Shown here: positions 9,671-18,072 of the stretch, one piece after another | Layout: each line of letters opens with the position of its first letter | How positions within the stretch are numbered: the first letter of the stretch is position 1 | Origin: Mycolicibacterium smegmatis | Lineage (GTDB): Bacteria > Actinomycetota > Actinomycetes > Mycobacteriales > Mycobacteriaceae | NCBI RefSeq assembly: GCF_001457595.1 | Contig: NZ_LN831039.1 | Span: 6,720,001-6,752,000 of the forward strand | Direction of reading: 5' to 3' | Length of the DNA stretch: 32,000 bases | The notes under the pieces: model-generated | What the model was told of the DNA's origin: nothing | Seen by the model: only the letters and a program-made list of their open reading frames with translations | Database searches by the model: none | Made by a program: the position numbers and the translations under genes

Positions 9671-10141
9671 TCACTGCGCGCGGGCATGCAGGGCCTCTCC
9701 GAGGCTCCACACCGAGACCCCGATCAGCACAAGGTCTTTGAGCAGGAACTGCCCCGGCATCCCGGACAGCACCGGAATCGGACCCGCATGGGTCGCGATG
9801 ACGCCGGGGGTGGTGAACAGGAAGCTCAGCGTGCCGAGGAACAGCACGATGGCCATCGCGCTGCCGATCACCGTCGCACGTGCCGAAAACGGGCGCGCAG
9901 CAATGAGAATCGCGGCGACGATCTCAGCGGTGCCCAGGCAGTACGCGACCGCGGTGACGCTGAGGAAGTCGTACAGCCAGCTCATCAGCGGGCTGTGCTC
10001 GATGAGCACGCGGCTCTCCATCTTCACGTACTTGCCCACCCCGATCCAGGCGAGCACGATCACCAGGCCGTACCGGCAGATCATCTGCCCGGTTGTGGTG
10101 ATGCGATCTGCGAGCACACGGTCCGCGGCGGTGATGGTCAT
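9671..10141 (-). CDS. DUF417 / YkgB (RclC)-like inner membrane protein
   Basis: Small protein of about 156 aa with 'YGLVIVLAWIGVGKYVKMESRVLIEHSPLMSWLYDFL' and 'GTLSFLFTTPGV', matching the DUF417 family from memory. Confidence 0.78.
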   Translation of the reverse strand: MTITAADRVLADRITTTGQMICRYGLVIVLAWIGVGKYVKMESRVLIEHSPLMSWLYDFLSVTAVAYCLGTAEIVAAILIAARPFSARATVIGSAMAIVLFLGTLSFLFTTPGVIATHAGPIPVLSGMPGQFLLKDLVLIGVSVWSLGEALHARAQ

Positions 10142-10374
10142 CGATCAGCTCCTTCGACTCCGGCGTCTTCGGCAGCGATGGCGGCCAGCAGTCCGTCGAA
10201 GTCCTCCGCGCACGGGCCACACGCACACAGATGCGCAGCGACCCCCGGATACCGGTGGGCGCGTAGGCCAACCGGCAGTTCGGCGTAGATGTGCAGAACC
10301 TCCATCGCCTCATCGCAACCGACGTCGCGCGGATCGGTCGTGAGAAACCGCTGAATTCGGGTCCATTCGGTCAC
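10138..10374 (-). CDS. Anti-sigma-factor-like small zinc-binding protein
   Basis: 78 aa with 'RYPGVAAHLCACGPCAEDFDGLL', an exact HX3CX2C pattern as in ZAS-type anti-sigma factors. GTG start overlaps the upstream sigma-factor stop (GTGA, 10374-10371). Confidence 0.68.
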   Translation of the reverse strand: MTEWTRIQRFLTTDPRDVGCDEAMEVLHIYAELPVGLRAHRYPGVAAHLCACGPCAEDFDGLLAAIAAEDAGVEGADR

Positions 10375-10993
10375 GGTCGTTCCAATGCCACGTGGTTGGT
10401 CAGATACTCGTTGGTGACGAGGAATTCGCGGATCTTACGTCGCGCGTCGAAAATCGTTTTGTAGATCGCGTTCCGGCTCACACCGAGTTTGACGACCAGA
10501 GCGTCCAGCGGTGTGCCCTGGATGACGATGGCACGAACATCTGCCGCTGCCGCTCGGTCAGGGTTGCCTCGACAGCGCGCTTGATCGCCGCGGACAACTC
10601 GGCGGCCTCGGCGTGCTCGCTCGGATCGATGCCGAAGCGCTCGGGCAGCCGGTTCCAGTCCTCGGTGTCGAGCGCCACGGGCGGATGACACCAGTGGTGG
10701 CGGCCGATCTTGTGTGCGACTTCGAGGATGACGAACTTGTACGCCCACGTGGTGAAGCGACTCTCGCCGCGGAAGCTGTCGAGCTTGCCGAGGATCGACA
10801 GTGTCGCGTCGGACGCGGCCTGCTGGGCGATGTCGTCGAGTTCGCTGCCCGTGATGGCGGTGTGACGCCGGTGCACTTCGCGTCGGGCCACCCGCAACAG
10901 CCTCTCGTGCAGGCGCTCGATCGCGGTCCTGCGGTCAGCAGGGCATGCGCCGGCGTCGAGAAGCCGCAACCACTCGCGGGACTCGGCGTCCAC
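10371..10993 (-). pseudogene. Sigma-70 family RNA polymerase sigma factor split by an apparent 1-nt deletion
   Basis: Region 2-like sequence (RVARREVHRRH...FRGESRFTTWAYKFVILEVAHKIGRH) is in ORF 10478..10993. The region 4 HTH (AIVIQGTPLDALVVKLGVSRNAIYKTIFDARRKIREFLVTN) is in ORF 10371..10748, another frame. Adding one base after TTCGTG (near 10530-10532) restores 'LTERQRQMFVAIVIQGTPLDALVVKLG'. Confidence 0.8.
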
Positions 10994-11134
10994 CCAAGCT
11001 CCTCACAATCGTCGTCGTCGGAATCAACGAGGCACCCTCTCGCATGGTTCGTGCCCCCCGACGCGGCCCGGTCTTACCGTGTGACCCGAAAACTTTCGCC
11101 GTAAGAAGACCCGTCCGGCAGGGCACCAATGTGT

Positions 11135-11614
11135 ATGAGCCTGCTACATCCCGGCAAGAAGTTCCCGCACCTTCGTGTGACGCCACCTGCGGCCCCGGCC
11201 ATCGACCTGCCTGACCACTTCGAAGACCGCTTCGGAGTGGTGCTTTTCTTCCGCGGCGCGTGGTGCCCCTACTGTGTCGCCCAGCTACGTGCCTTCGACC
11301 ATGCCACGGACAAACTGCGCGAGAACCTGATCGACGTGGTGGCGATGTCGGTCGACCACGAGGCCACCACCGCGAAACTGATCGCCGAGCACGGACTGCG
11401 GTTCCCGGTCGGGCACAGCGCCGACGCCCGCACGGTCGCCGAACAGACCGGCGCCTTCGTCAACGCCGAACCGTTGCACCTGCAGTCGACGGGGTTCGTC
11501 CTCGATCCTGCCGGGCGCGTCACGGTCAGTGTCTACTCGAGCGGCGCGATCGGCCGGTTGGTGCCGGCTGATGTCATCGGGATGGTCCGCTATTTGCGAG
11601 AACACTCCGCGTGA
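11135..11614 (+). CDS. Peroxiredoxin / AhpC-TSA family protein
   Basis: 'VVLFFRGAWCPYCVAQLRAF' thioredoxin-fold peroxidatic region, then 'DVVAMSVDHEATTAKLIAEHGLRFPVGHSAD'. Possible start also at 11129. Confidence 0.88.
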   Translation: MSLLHPGKKFPHLRVTPPAAPAIDLPDHFEDRFGVVLFFRGAWCPYCVAQLRAFDHATDKLRENLIDVVAMSVDHEATTAKLIAEHGLRFPVGHSADARTVAEQTGAFVNAEPLHLQSTGFVLDPAGRVTVSVYSSGAIGRLVPADVIGMVRYLREHSA

Positions 11615-12705
11615 GGTTCACGCTGGACCACTCGGCGGGACGATGGCGGTTCCGTGGCCCCGACGGTGATCCGTTCCTGTCGATCGGCGTCGTCCACGCC
11701 GACGACACCAATCTGCGCTACCCGCACAACATGGGCATCTTCACGGCGCGATACGGGGCATCGCGGCGACGCTGGCTGCGGGAGGGCCTGGTGCCGGAGA
11801 TGACGTCGTGGGGGTTCAACACGCTCGGCTGGACATCGGAGTACGTCAGCGGTTCCGGGCTGGCCACCGACGGAGGTGCCGTCGACCTCGGCCACTCCGA
11901 AGGGCTTCCCGCCGACGACGTGGCCGCGCTCGGGATCCCGTACACACTGTCGCTGCGGGTCGCCGAGATCGAGCACTGGAACGGCCATCCGGCGTACCGG
12001 GACCCGCGTGGGCCCGCGTTCGCGCAGTGGTGTGACCACCTCGCCAGGATCACGTGCCGTCCCGACGACCCGAACCTACTGGGGTACTTCCTGGTCGACG
12101 TACCGTGCTGGGGCCGCCATCCCACAGGCGCCGGGTACCCGCCCGATGAGCTCGTGGCGATAGCCGACGCCTACTACCGCACCGCCACCGAGGCCATTCG
12201 CAGGCACGATCCGCACCATCTGATCCTGGGGGATCGCTACGGCACCCGGCATCCGGTGCCCGACGCGGTACTCGACGCCGCGGCGCCCTACGTCGACGTG
12301 CTGTCGGTGCAGACTTTTCCGGGGCCGGGTGCCGATCGGCTCCACGCCGCGCTGGAGATCATCGAGCGCTGGCATGTGCGGACCGGCAGGCCCGTGCTGA
12401 TCGCCGACACCGGCAACTGGTGCCCGACGGTGATGCGCCCGGACCGCACGGGCTGGGCGAGCGACCAGCGTGACCGCGGCGCCGGCTACGCCGCGGCGGC
12501 CGAGGCGTTCACCGCGCGGCGGTGGTGCCTGGGCTGGCACTGGTGCGGTTGGCTGGAGAATCCACATCGCGGGTTCGGGCTCAAGGATCCCTGGGACGAG
12601 CCCTACACCGACCTCACCGAGGTCGTCAGGCAGACGAATCTTCGGCTGTCGACAGCCGGAACTCCGAGAAGTCCAACGACACCAGCAGCCGGTCGCGGTG
12701 GATGA
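11611..12705 (+). CDS. Agarase-like / TIM-barrel glycoside-hydrolase-like protein
   Basis: GTG at 11611 overlaps the peroxiredoxin TGA. 'YGASRRRWLREGLVPEMTSWGFNTLGWTSEY' and 'NLLGYFLVDVP' resemble agarase-annotated proteins. No signal peptide visible. Confidence 0.62.
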   Translation: MRFTLDHSAGRWRFRGPDGDPFLSIGVVHADDTNLRYPHNMGIFTARYGASRRRWLREGLVPEMTSWGFNTLGWTSEYVSGSGLATDGGAVDLGHSEGLPADDVAALGIPYTLSLRVAEIEHWNGHPAYRDPRGPAFAQWCDHLARITCRPDDPNLLGYFLVDVPCWGRHPTGAGYPPDELVAIADAYYRTATEAIRRHDPHHLILGDRYGTRHPVPDAVLDAAAPYVDVLSVQTFPGPGADRLHAALEIIERWHVRTGRPVLIADTGNWCPTVMRPDRTGWASDQRDRGAGYAAAAEAFTARRWCLGWHWCGWLENPHRGFGLKDPWDEPYTDLTEVVRQTNLRLSTAGTPRSPTTPAAGRGG

Positions 12706-12934
12706 TCCCGTCGTCGGTGCGCAGGTACGCCCGCCGCGCGGTGGGCCACCTCAGACCCTCGACGTCGGTGTAGAAGTGCAGGTACTGGCTGACGCCGAAG
12801 CTGCCCGCGATGTCCACGCGGTAGTCGTGGCGGCGTAGCAGGCGGGGTGTACTTGTTCCTTCATGGACGCGGTGTACACGTCCAGGCCGACGGTTGTCCA
12901 TCGCGGAGATGCGCGTGAGGCTGCTCGCTTCCAT
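12626..12934 (-). CDS. Hypothetical protein of about 100 aa or less
   Basis: C-terminal part of the long minus ORF reads naturally: 'RRHDYRVDIAGSFGVSQYLHFYTDVEGLRWPTARRAYLRTDDGIIHRDRLLVSLDFSEFRLS'. The N-terminal ~410 aa of that ORF is a shadow of the aminotransferase. Start uncertain (12934, 12901 or further in). Confidence 0.42.
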   Translation of the reverse strand: MEASSLTRISAMDNRRPGRVHRVHEGTSTPRLLRRHDYRVDIAGSFGVSQYLHFYTDVEGLRWPTARRAYLRTDDGIIHRDRLLVSLDFSEFRLSTAEDSSA

Positions 12935-12946
12935 AGGCTTCGTGTC

Positions 12947-14299
12947 ATGACAGCCACGTTGACGGGCGGACCCGATCTGCAGCAGGCCCGCCGGATCCTG
13001 ACCGAAATCCCCGGCCCACGGTCCCGTGACCTGGCCGAACGCCGCAACGCCGCGCTCCCGGCCGGCCTGGCGAGCGGGGCGGGGGTCTACATCGCCGCCG
13101 CAGGCGGCGGCGTGGTCGTGGACGTCGACGGCAATTCGTTCATCGATCTGGGCAGCGGCATCGCGGTCACCACGGTCGGCAACGCCGCACCTGCGGTCGT
13201 CTCGCGCGCGGGCAGCCAACTCGCGCAGTACACGCACACGTGCTTCCTGAACGTGCCCTACGAGCCGTACATCGAGGTCGCCGAGCGTCTCAATGCCCTG
13301 ACCCCGGGCGATCACCAGAAGCGCACCGCGCTGTTCAGCACGGGCGCCGAGGCCGTGGAAAACGCCGTCAAGTACGCACGCGCCCACACCGGTCGCGACG
13401 CGGTCGTGGTGTTCGACCACGCCTTCCACGGCCGGTCGCTGCTCACCATGACCATGACGGCCAAGAACCAGCCCTACAAGCACGGGTTCGGTCCGTTCGC
13501 CCCCGAGGTCTACCGCGCGCCCATGGCCTATCCCTACCGGTGGCCGTCGGGGCCCGAAAACTGCGCGGCCGAGGCGTTCGACCTGTTCACCACCCTGATC
13601 GACGCGCAGATCGGCGCAGATCAGGTGGCCTGCGTCGTGGTCGAACCCATCCAGGGCGAGGGCGGCTTCATCGTTCCCGCCGAGGGGTTCCTGCAGAAGG
13701 TCGCCGACTTCTGCCGTGAGCGCGGCATCCTGGTGGTGGCCGACGAGGTGCAGACCGGTATCGCGCGCACCGGCGCGTGGTTCGCGTGCGAGCACGAGGA
13801 CCTGGTCCCCGACCTCATCACCACCGCCAAGGGCCTGGGCGGCGGCCTGCCGCTGGCGGCGGTCACCGGCCGCGCCGAGATCATGGACGCCGCGCACGCG
13901 GGCGGCATCGGCGGCACCTACGCGGGCAACCCCGTCGCGTGCGCCGCGGCGCTCGGCGTGTTCGACGAGATCGAGCAGAACGGCCTGATCGAGCGCGCCC
14001 GCGCCATCGGCGAGGTGATCGTGGCAGAACTGCGCAGCATCGCCTCCACCACCGGCCTCATCGGCGAAATTCGCGGCCGCGGCGCCATGATCGCCGTCGA
14101 GCTGATCAAGCCCGGCACGCGCGAACCCAACAAGGAAGCCGTCGCCGCGCTGGCCAAGCACTGCCACGACAACGGTGTACTGACCTTGACGGCAGGCACT
14201 TTCGGCAACGTCCTGCGTTTCCTGCCGCCGCTGACCATCACCGACGAACTGCTCGTCGACGCCTTCGGCGTCATCCGCGACGGCTTCGCCGCCCTCTAG
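12947..14299 (+). CDS. gabT: 4-aminobutyrate aminotransferase (class III PLP-dependent; could also act on 5-aminovalerate)
   Basis: 'VVEPIQGEGGFIVPAEGFLQKVADFCRERGILVVADEVQTGIARTGAWFACEHEDLVPDLITTAKGLGGGLPLAAVTGRAE' with the PLP lysine (TTAKGLGGG). Start ATG at 12947. Confidence 0.93.
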   Translation: MTATLTGGPDLQQARRILTEIPGPRSRDLAERRNAALPAGLASGAGVYIAAAGGGVVVDVDGNSFIDLGSGIAVTTVGNAAPAVVSRAGSQLAQYTHTCFLNVPYEPYIEVAERLNALTPGDHQKRTALFSTGAEAVENAVKYARAHTGRDAVVVFDHAFHGRSLLTMTMTAKNQPYKHGFGPFAPEVYRAPMAYPYRWPSGPENCAAEAFDLFTTLIDAQIGADQVACVVVEPIQGEGGFIVPAEGFLQKVADFCRERGILVVADEVQTGIARTGAWFACEHEDLVPDLITTAKGLGGGLPLAAVTGRAEIMDAAHAGGIGGTYAGNPVACAAALGVFDEIEQNGLIERARAIGEVIVAELRSIASTTGLIGEIRGRGAMIAVELIKPGTREPNKEAVAALAKHCHDNGVLTLTAGTFGNVLRFLPPLTITDELLVDAFGVIRDGFAAL

Positions 14300-14318
14300 A
14301 AATCACCAGGAGCTCACC

Positions 14319-15512
14319 ATGACCCTCACCGCACCCACGAAGAAGTCCACCTACGCCCCGCTCGAGCTGTTCGACACCGACCGCCTGCTCGACCAGGACG
14401 AGCGCGACATCGCCGCAACCGTGCGACAGTTCGTCGACACCCGGCTGAAGCCCAACATCGAGGGCTGGTTCGAATCGGCCACTCTCCCACGCGAACTCGC
14501 TAAGGAGTTCGGCAATCTCGGTGTGCTGGGCATGCACCTGCAGGGTTACGGCTGCGCGGGCACCAACGCCGTGAGCTACGGCCTGGCCTGCATGGAACTC
14601 GAGGCAGGCGACAGCGGCTTCCGCAGCTTCGTGTCAGTGCAGGGTTCGCTGTCGATGTTCTCGATCTACCGCTACGGGTCCGAAGAGCAGAAGAACGAGT
14701 GGCTGCCCCGCCTTGCCGCGGGCGACGCCGTCGGCTGCTTCGGTCTGACCGAACCCGACTTCGGCTCCAACCCTGCCGGTATGCGCACCCGTGCGCGCCG
14801 CGACGGCAGCGACTGGATCCTCAACGGCACCAAGATGTGGATCACCAACGGCAACCTGGCTGACGTCGCCACGGTGTGGGCGCAGACCGACGACGGCATC
14901 CGCGGCTTCCTGGTTCCCACCGACACACCGGGATTCACCGCCAACGCGATCCACCGCAAGCTCTCGCTGCGCGCCTCGGTGACCTCCGAACTGGTGCTCG
15001 ACAACGTGCGCCTGCCCGCGTCGGCCCAGCTGCCGCTGGCCGAGGGCCTCTCGGCTCCGCTGTCGTGCCTCAACGAGGCCCGGTTCGGCATCGTGTTCGG
15101 CGCGCTGGGCGCCGCACGCGACAGCCTGGAGACCACGATCGCCTACACGCAGTCACGCGAGGTGTTCGACAAGCCGCTGTCGAATTACCAGCTGACGCAG
15201 GAGAAGCTGGCCAACATGACCGTCGAGCTGGGCAAGGGCATGCTGCTGGCCATCCACCTGGGCCGCATCAAGGACGCCGAGGGTGTGCGCCCCGAGCAGA
15301 TCAGCCTGGGCAAGCTCAACAATGTCCGCGAGGCCATCGCGATCGCCCGCGAGTGCCGGACCCTGTTGGGCGGCAGCGGGATCACGCTCGAGTACTCGCC
15401 GCTGCGTCACGCCAACAACCTGGAGTCGGTGCTCACCTACGAGGGCACCTCCGAGATGCATCTGCTGTCCATCGGCAAGGCGCTCACCGGAAAGGCGGCG
15501 TTCCGCGCATGA
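14319..15512 (+). CDS. gcdH: Acyl-CoA dehydrogenase, glutaryl-CoA dehydrogenase type
   Basis: 'GLACMELEAGDSGFRSFVSVQGSLSMFSIYRYGSEEQKNEWLPRLAAGDAVGCFGLTEPDFGSNPAGM' is characteristic of the GCDH subgroup. C-terminal 'TYEGTSEMHLLSIGKALTG'. Confidence 0.87.
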   Translation: MTLTAPTKKSTYAPLELFDTDRLLDQDERDIAATVRQFVDTRLKPNIEGWFESATLPRELAKEFGNLGVLGMHLQGYGCAGTNAVSYGLACMELEAGDSGFRSFVSVQGSLSMFSIYRYGSEEQKNEWLPRLAAGDAVGCFGLTEPDFGSNPAGMRTRARRDGSDWILNGTKMWITNGNLADVATVWAQTDDGIRGFLVPTDTPGFTANAIHRKLSLRASVTSELVLDNVRLPASAQLPLAEGLSAPLSCLNEARFGIVFGALGAARDSLETTIAYTQSREVFDKPLSNYQLTQEKLANMTVELGKGMLLAIHLGRIKDAEGVRPEQISLGKLNNVREAIAIARECRTLLGGSGITLEYSPLRHANNLESVLTYEGTSEMHLLSIGKALTGKAAFRA

Positions 15513-16972
15513 CCCCGGTGACCATCAACCACCTTGTTGCGGGCGAGTGGGTGGCCGGTGCGGGCGACGTCGTCGTCAGCGTCAACCCGGCCCACCCGGG
15601 CGACATCGTGGCCGAGGGACACAACGCGACCACCGCGCAGGTCGACACCGCGGTCGCGGCCGCCGCCGAGGCGTTCCGTGCATGGGCGGCCACCCCGACG
15701 CACCAGCGTGGTGCGGTGCTGCTGGCCGCCGCGCAGATCGTCGACCGCAACGCCCAGGCCTGGGGTCTGGAACTGGCCACCGAAGAGGGCAAGACCAAGG
15801 CCGAGGGCATCGGTGAGGTCAAGCGCGCCGCACAGATCCTGCGGTACTACGGCAACGAGGGCGACCGGCAGGCAGGCGAGATCTTCTCGTCACCCCGTGC
15901 CGGCGAACAGATCCTGGTGACCCGCAAGCCACTCGGTGTGGTCGGCGTCATCACCCCGTTCAACTTCCCCATCGCCATTCCGGCGTGGAAGATCGCGCCT
16001 GCCCTGGTGTACGGCAACACCGTGGTGTGGAAGCCCGCGAGCACCGTTCCGGTGCTGGCGATCCGCTTCGCGCAGGCACTCACCGAGGCCGGTCTGCCCG
16101 CGGGTGCGCTGAATCTGGTGATCGGTGACTCCGAGACCGGAACCGCGATCGTCGACCATCCCCGCATCGACGGTCTGACGTTCACCGGATCCACCGCGGT
16201 GGGCCGTCGTCTCGCGTCCGTGGCCGCGACGTGCGGCATCCCGATGCAGGCCGAGATGGGCGGCAAGAACGCCGCCGTGGTGCTCGACGACGCCGACCTG
16301 GACGTGGCCGTCGAACAGGTGATGCTGGGTGCGTTCCGGTCGACCGGCCAGAAGTGCACCGCCACATCCCGTTTGATCGTCACCGACGGCATCGCCGACA
16401 AGTTCACCGAGGCACTGGTCGAACGGGCCCGCGCACTGCGGGTCGGCGACCCCACCGACGACGCCACCGAGATGGGTCCGGTGATCACCGACGCGTCCCG
16501 CGCGTCGATCCTGGCCGGGATCGACACTGCCGTCGCACAGGGCGCCACGGTGCTCGCCGGTGGGCGGCCCTACACCGAAGGCCCGCTCGCCGAGGGGTAC
16601 TTCATCGCCCCGACCGTGCTGGAACTCGACGGTTCCCCGGCCAAGGTGTGGAGCGAGGAACTGTTCGGACCGGTGCTGGCGGTCCGCCGCGCGGCCGACG
16701 CCGACGAGGCGTTCGAGCTCGCCAACGACAGCGAGTTCGGCCTGTCCGCGGCGATTTTCACGCAGGATGTGACCCGGGTGCTGCAGGCCATGGAGCAGAT
16801 CGACGTCGGTGTGCTGCACGTCAACTCCGAGTCCGCCGGCGCCGATCCGCATGTGCCGTTCGGTGGCGACAAGAAGAGCGGTCTGGGCCCCAAGGAACAG
16901 GGGGCCGCGGCACGGGATTTCTTCACCCACACCACCACCGTGTACCTGCGGGGCGGGCGGCCGGGCGTATGA
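15509..16972 (+). CDS. NAD(P)-dependent aldehyde dehydrogenase (semialdehyde-type)
   Basis: ATG overlaps the upstream stop. 'GVITPFNFPIAIPAWKIAPALVYGNTVVWKPAS', 'EMGGKNAAVVLDDADLD', 'AFRSTGQKCTATSRLIV' (catalytic Cys) and 'EELFGPVLAVRRAADADEAFELANDSEFGLSA'. Confidence 0.94.
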   Translation: MTPVTINHLVAGEWVAGAGDVVVSVNPAHPGDIVAEGHNATTAQVDTAVAAAAEAFRAWAATPTHQRGAVLLAAAQIVDRNAQAWGLELATEEGKTKAEGIGEVKRAAQILRYYGNEGDRQAGEIFSSPRAGEQILVTRKPLGVVGVITPFNFPIAIPAWKIAPALVYGNTVVWKPASTVPVLAIRFAQALTEAGLPAGALNLVIGDSETGTAIVDHPRIDGLTFTGSTAVGRRLASVAATCGIPMQAEMGGKNAAVVLDDADLDVAVEQVMLGAFRSTGQKCTATSRLIVTDGIADKFTEALVERARALRVGDPTDDATEMGPVITDASRASILAGIDTAVAQGATVLAGGRPYTEGPLAEGYFIAPTVLELDGSPAKVWSEELFGPVLAVRRAADADEAFELANDSEFGLSAAIFTQDVTRVLQAMEQIDVGVLHVNSESAGADPHVPFGGDKKSGLGPKEQGAAARDFFTHTTTVYLRGGRPGV

Positions 16973-18072
16973 GCGCGGCCGCACTCGAGGGCGTCGTCGT
17001 CGCGGACTTCAGCCGCGTGTTGGCCGGGCCGTACGCGACGATGATGCTCGCGGACTTCGGCGCCGAGGTCATCAAGATCGAGCGGCCGGGCACCGGGGAC
17101 GACACCCGACAGTGGGGCCCTCCGTACGACTCGACCGGCGTGGCAACGTATTTCAACTCGGTCAACCGCAACAAACGCTCGGTCGCACTGGACCTGGGCA
17201 GCACGGAAGGACGCGAGCAGGCGCGTGAGCTGATCCGCCGCGCCGACATCGTGGTCGAGAACTTCCGACCGGGCACGATGGAGAAACTCGGCCTCGGCTA
17301 CGACGACGTCCGCGCGATCCGCCCCGACGTCATCTACTGCTCGATCACGGGATTCGGCCACGGCGGCGGGGCCGCCCTGCCGGGCTACGACCTGCTGGTG
17401 CAGGCCGTCGGCGGTCTCATGAGCGTCACCGGCACCGAACCGGGCGATCCCACCAAAGCCGGTGTGGCACTGGTGGATGTGCTGGCCGGTATGCATGCGC
17501 TCAGCGGCATCCTGGTCGCCCTGGCGCACCGCGACCGCACGGGCGAGGGCCAGCGGGTCGACACCAACCTGTTCTCGGTGCTGCTGTCGTCGATGGTCAA
17601 CCAGGCGTCGGGTTATCTGGGCGCCGGTGTGGTGCCGGGCATCATGGGCAACCGGCATCCGAGCATCACGCCGTACCAGACCTTCGACACCGCCGACCGG
17701 CCCATCGCGATCGCGGTGGGCAACGACAAGCAGTTCCGGGCGTTCGCCGCGGTGATCGGCAGTCCCGACCTCGCCGACGACCCGCGGTTCTCGACCAACC
17801 CGCAGCGGGTGGCCCACCGGGACGTGCTGTGTCCCTTGATCGAGGCCGCGCTCAAGGCCAAGGGCGCCGACCACTGGTATCACGAACTGACCGCGGTCGG
17901 GGTGCCCGCGGGACCCATCAACGACCTGTCGGAGGCGTTCGCGTTCGCCGAGGAACTTGGCATCGAGGCCGTGGTGCAGATGCCCGACGGTCCGACTCCG
18001 CAGGTCGCCAACCCGATCACGCTGTCGGCGACCCCGGTGACCTACCGCAACAGCCCGCCTCCGCTCAGCTGA
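16969..18072 (+). CDS. Class III (CaiB/BaiF-type) CoA-transferase, possible glutarate CoA-transferase
   Basis: 'LEGVVVADFSRVLAGPYATMMLADFGAEVIKIERPGTGDDTR' and 'VVENFRPGTMEKLGLGYDDVRAIRPDVIYCSITGFG'. ATGA overlap with the aldehyde dehydrogenase. Confidence 0.93.
   Translation: MSAAALEGVVVADFSRVLAGPYATMMLADFGAEVIKIERPGTGDDTRQWGPPYDSTGVATYFNSVNRNKRSVALDLGSTEGREQARELIRRADIVVENFRPGTMEKLGLGYDDVRAIRPDVIYCSITGFGHGGGAALPGYDLLVQAVGGLMSVTGTEPGDPTKAGVALVDVLAGMHALSGILVALAHRDRTGEGQRVDTNLFSVLLSSMVNQASGYLGAGVVPGIMGNRHPSITPYQTFDTADRPIAIAVGNDKQFRAFAAVIGSPDLADDPRFSTNPQRVAHRDVLCPLIEAALKAKGADHWYHELTAVGVPAGPINDLSEAFAFAEELGIEAVVQMPDGPTPQVANPITLSATPVTYRNSPPPLS

Noticed and set aside
11019-11050. GGAAT...GTT spacing resembling a SigH/ECF-type promoter upstream of the peroxiredoxin
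   Set aside because: The spacer is about 22 nt, longer than the usual range, and the -35/-10 match is partial. Not strong enough to call.
12935-14167. N-terminal 410 aa of the minus ORF 12626..14167
   Set aside because: Exact antisense of the aminotransferase with no recognisable domain. Only the last ~100 codons look protein-like.
15890-17883. Long minus ORFs 15890..16984 and 16570..17883
   Set aside because: Shadow frames of the aldehyde dehydrogenase and CoA-transferase, with biased composition and no motifs.
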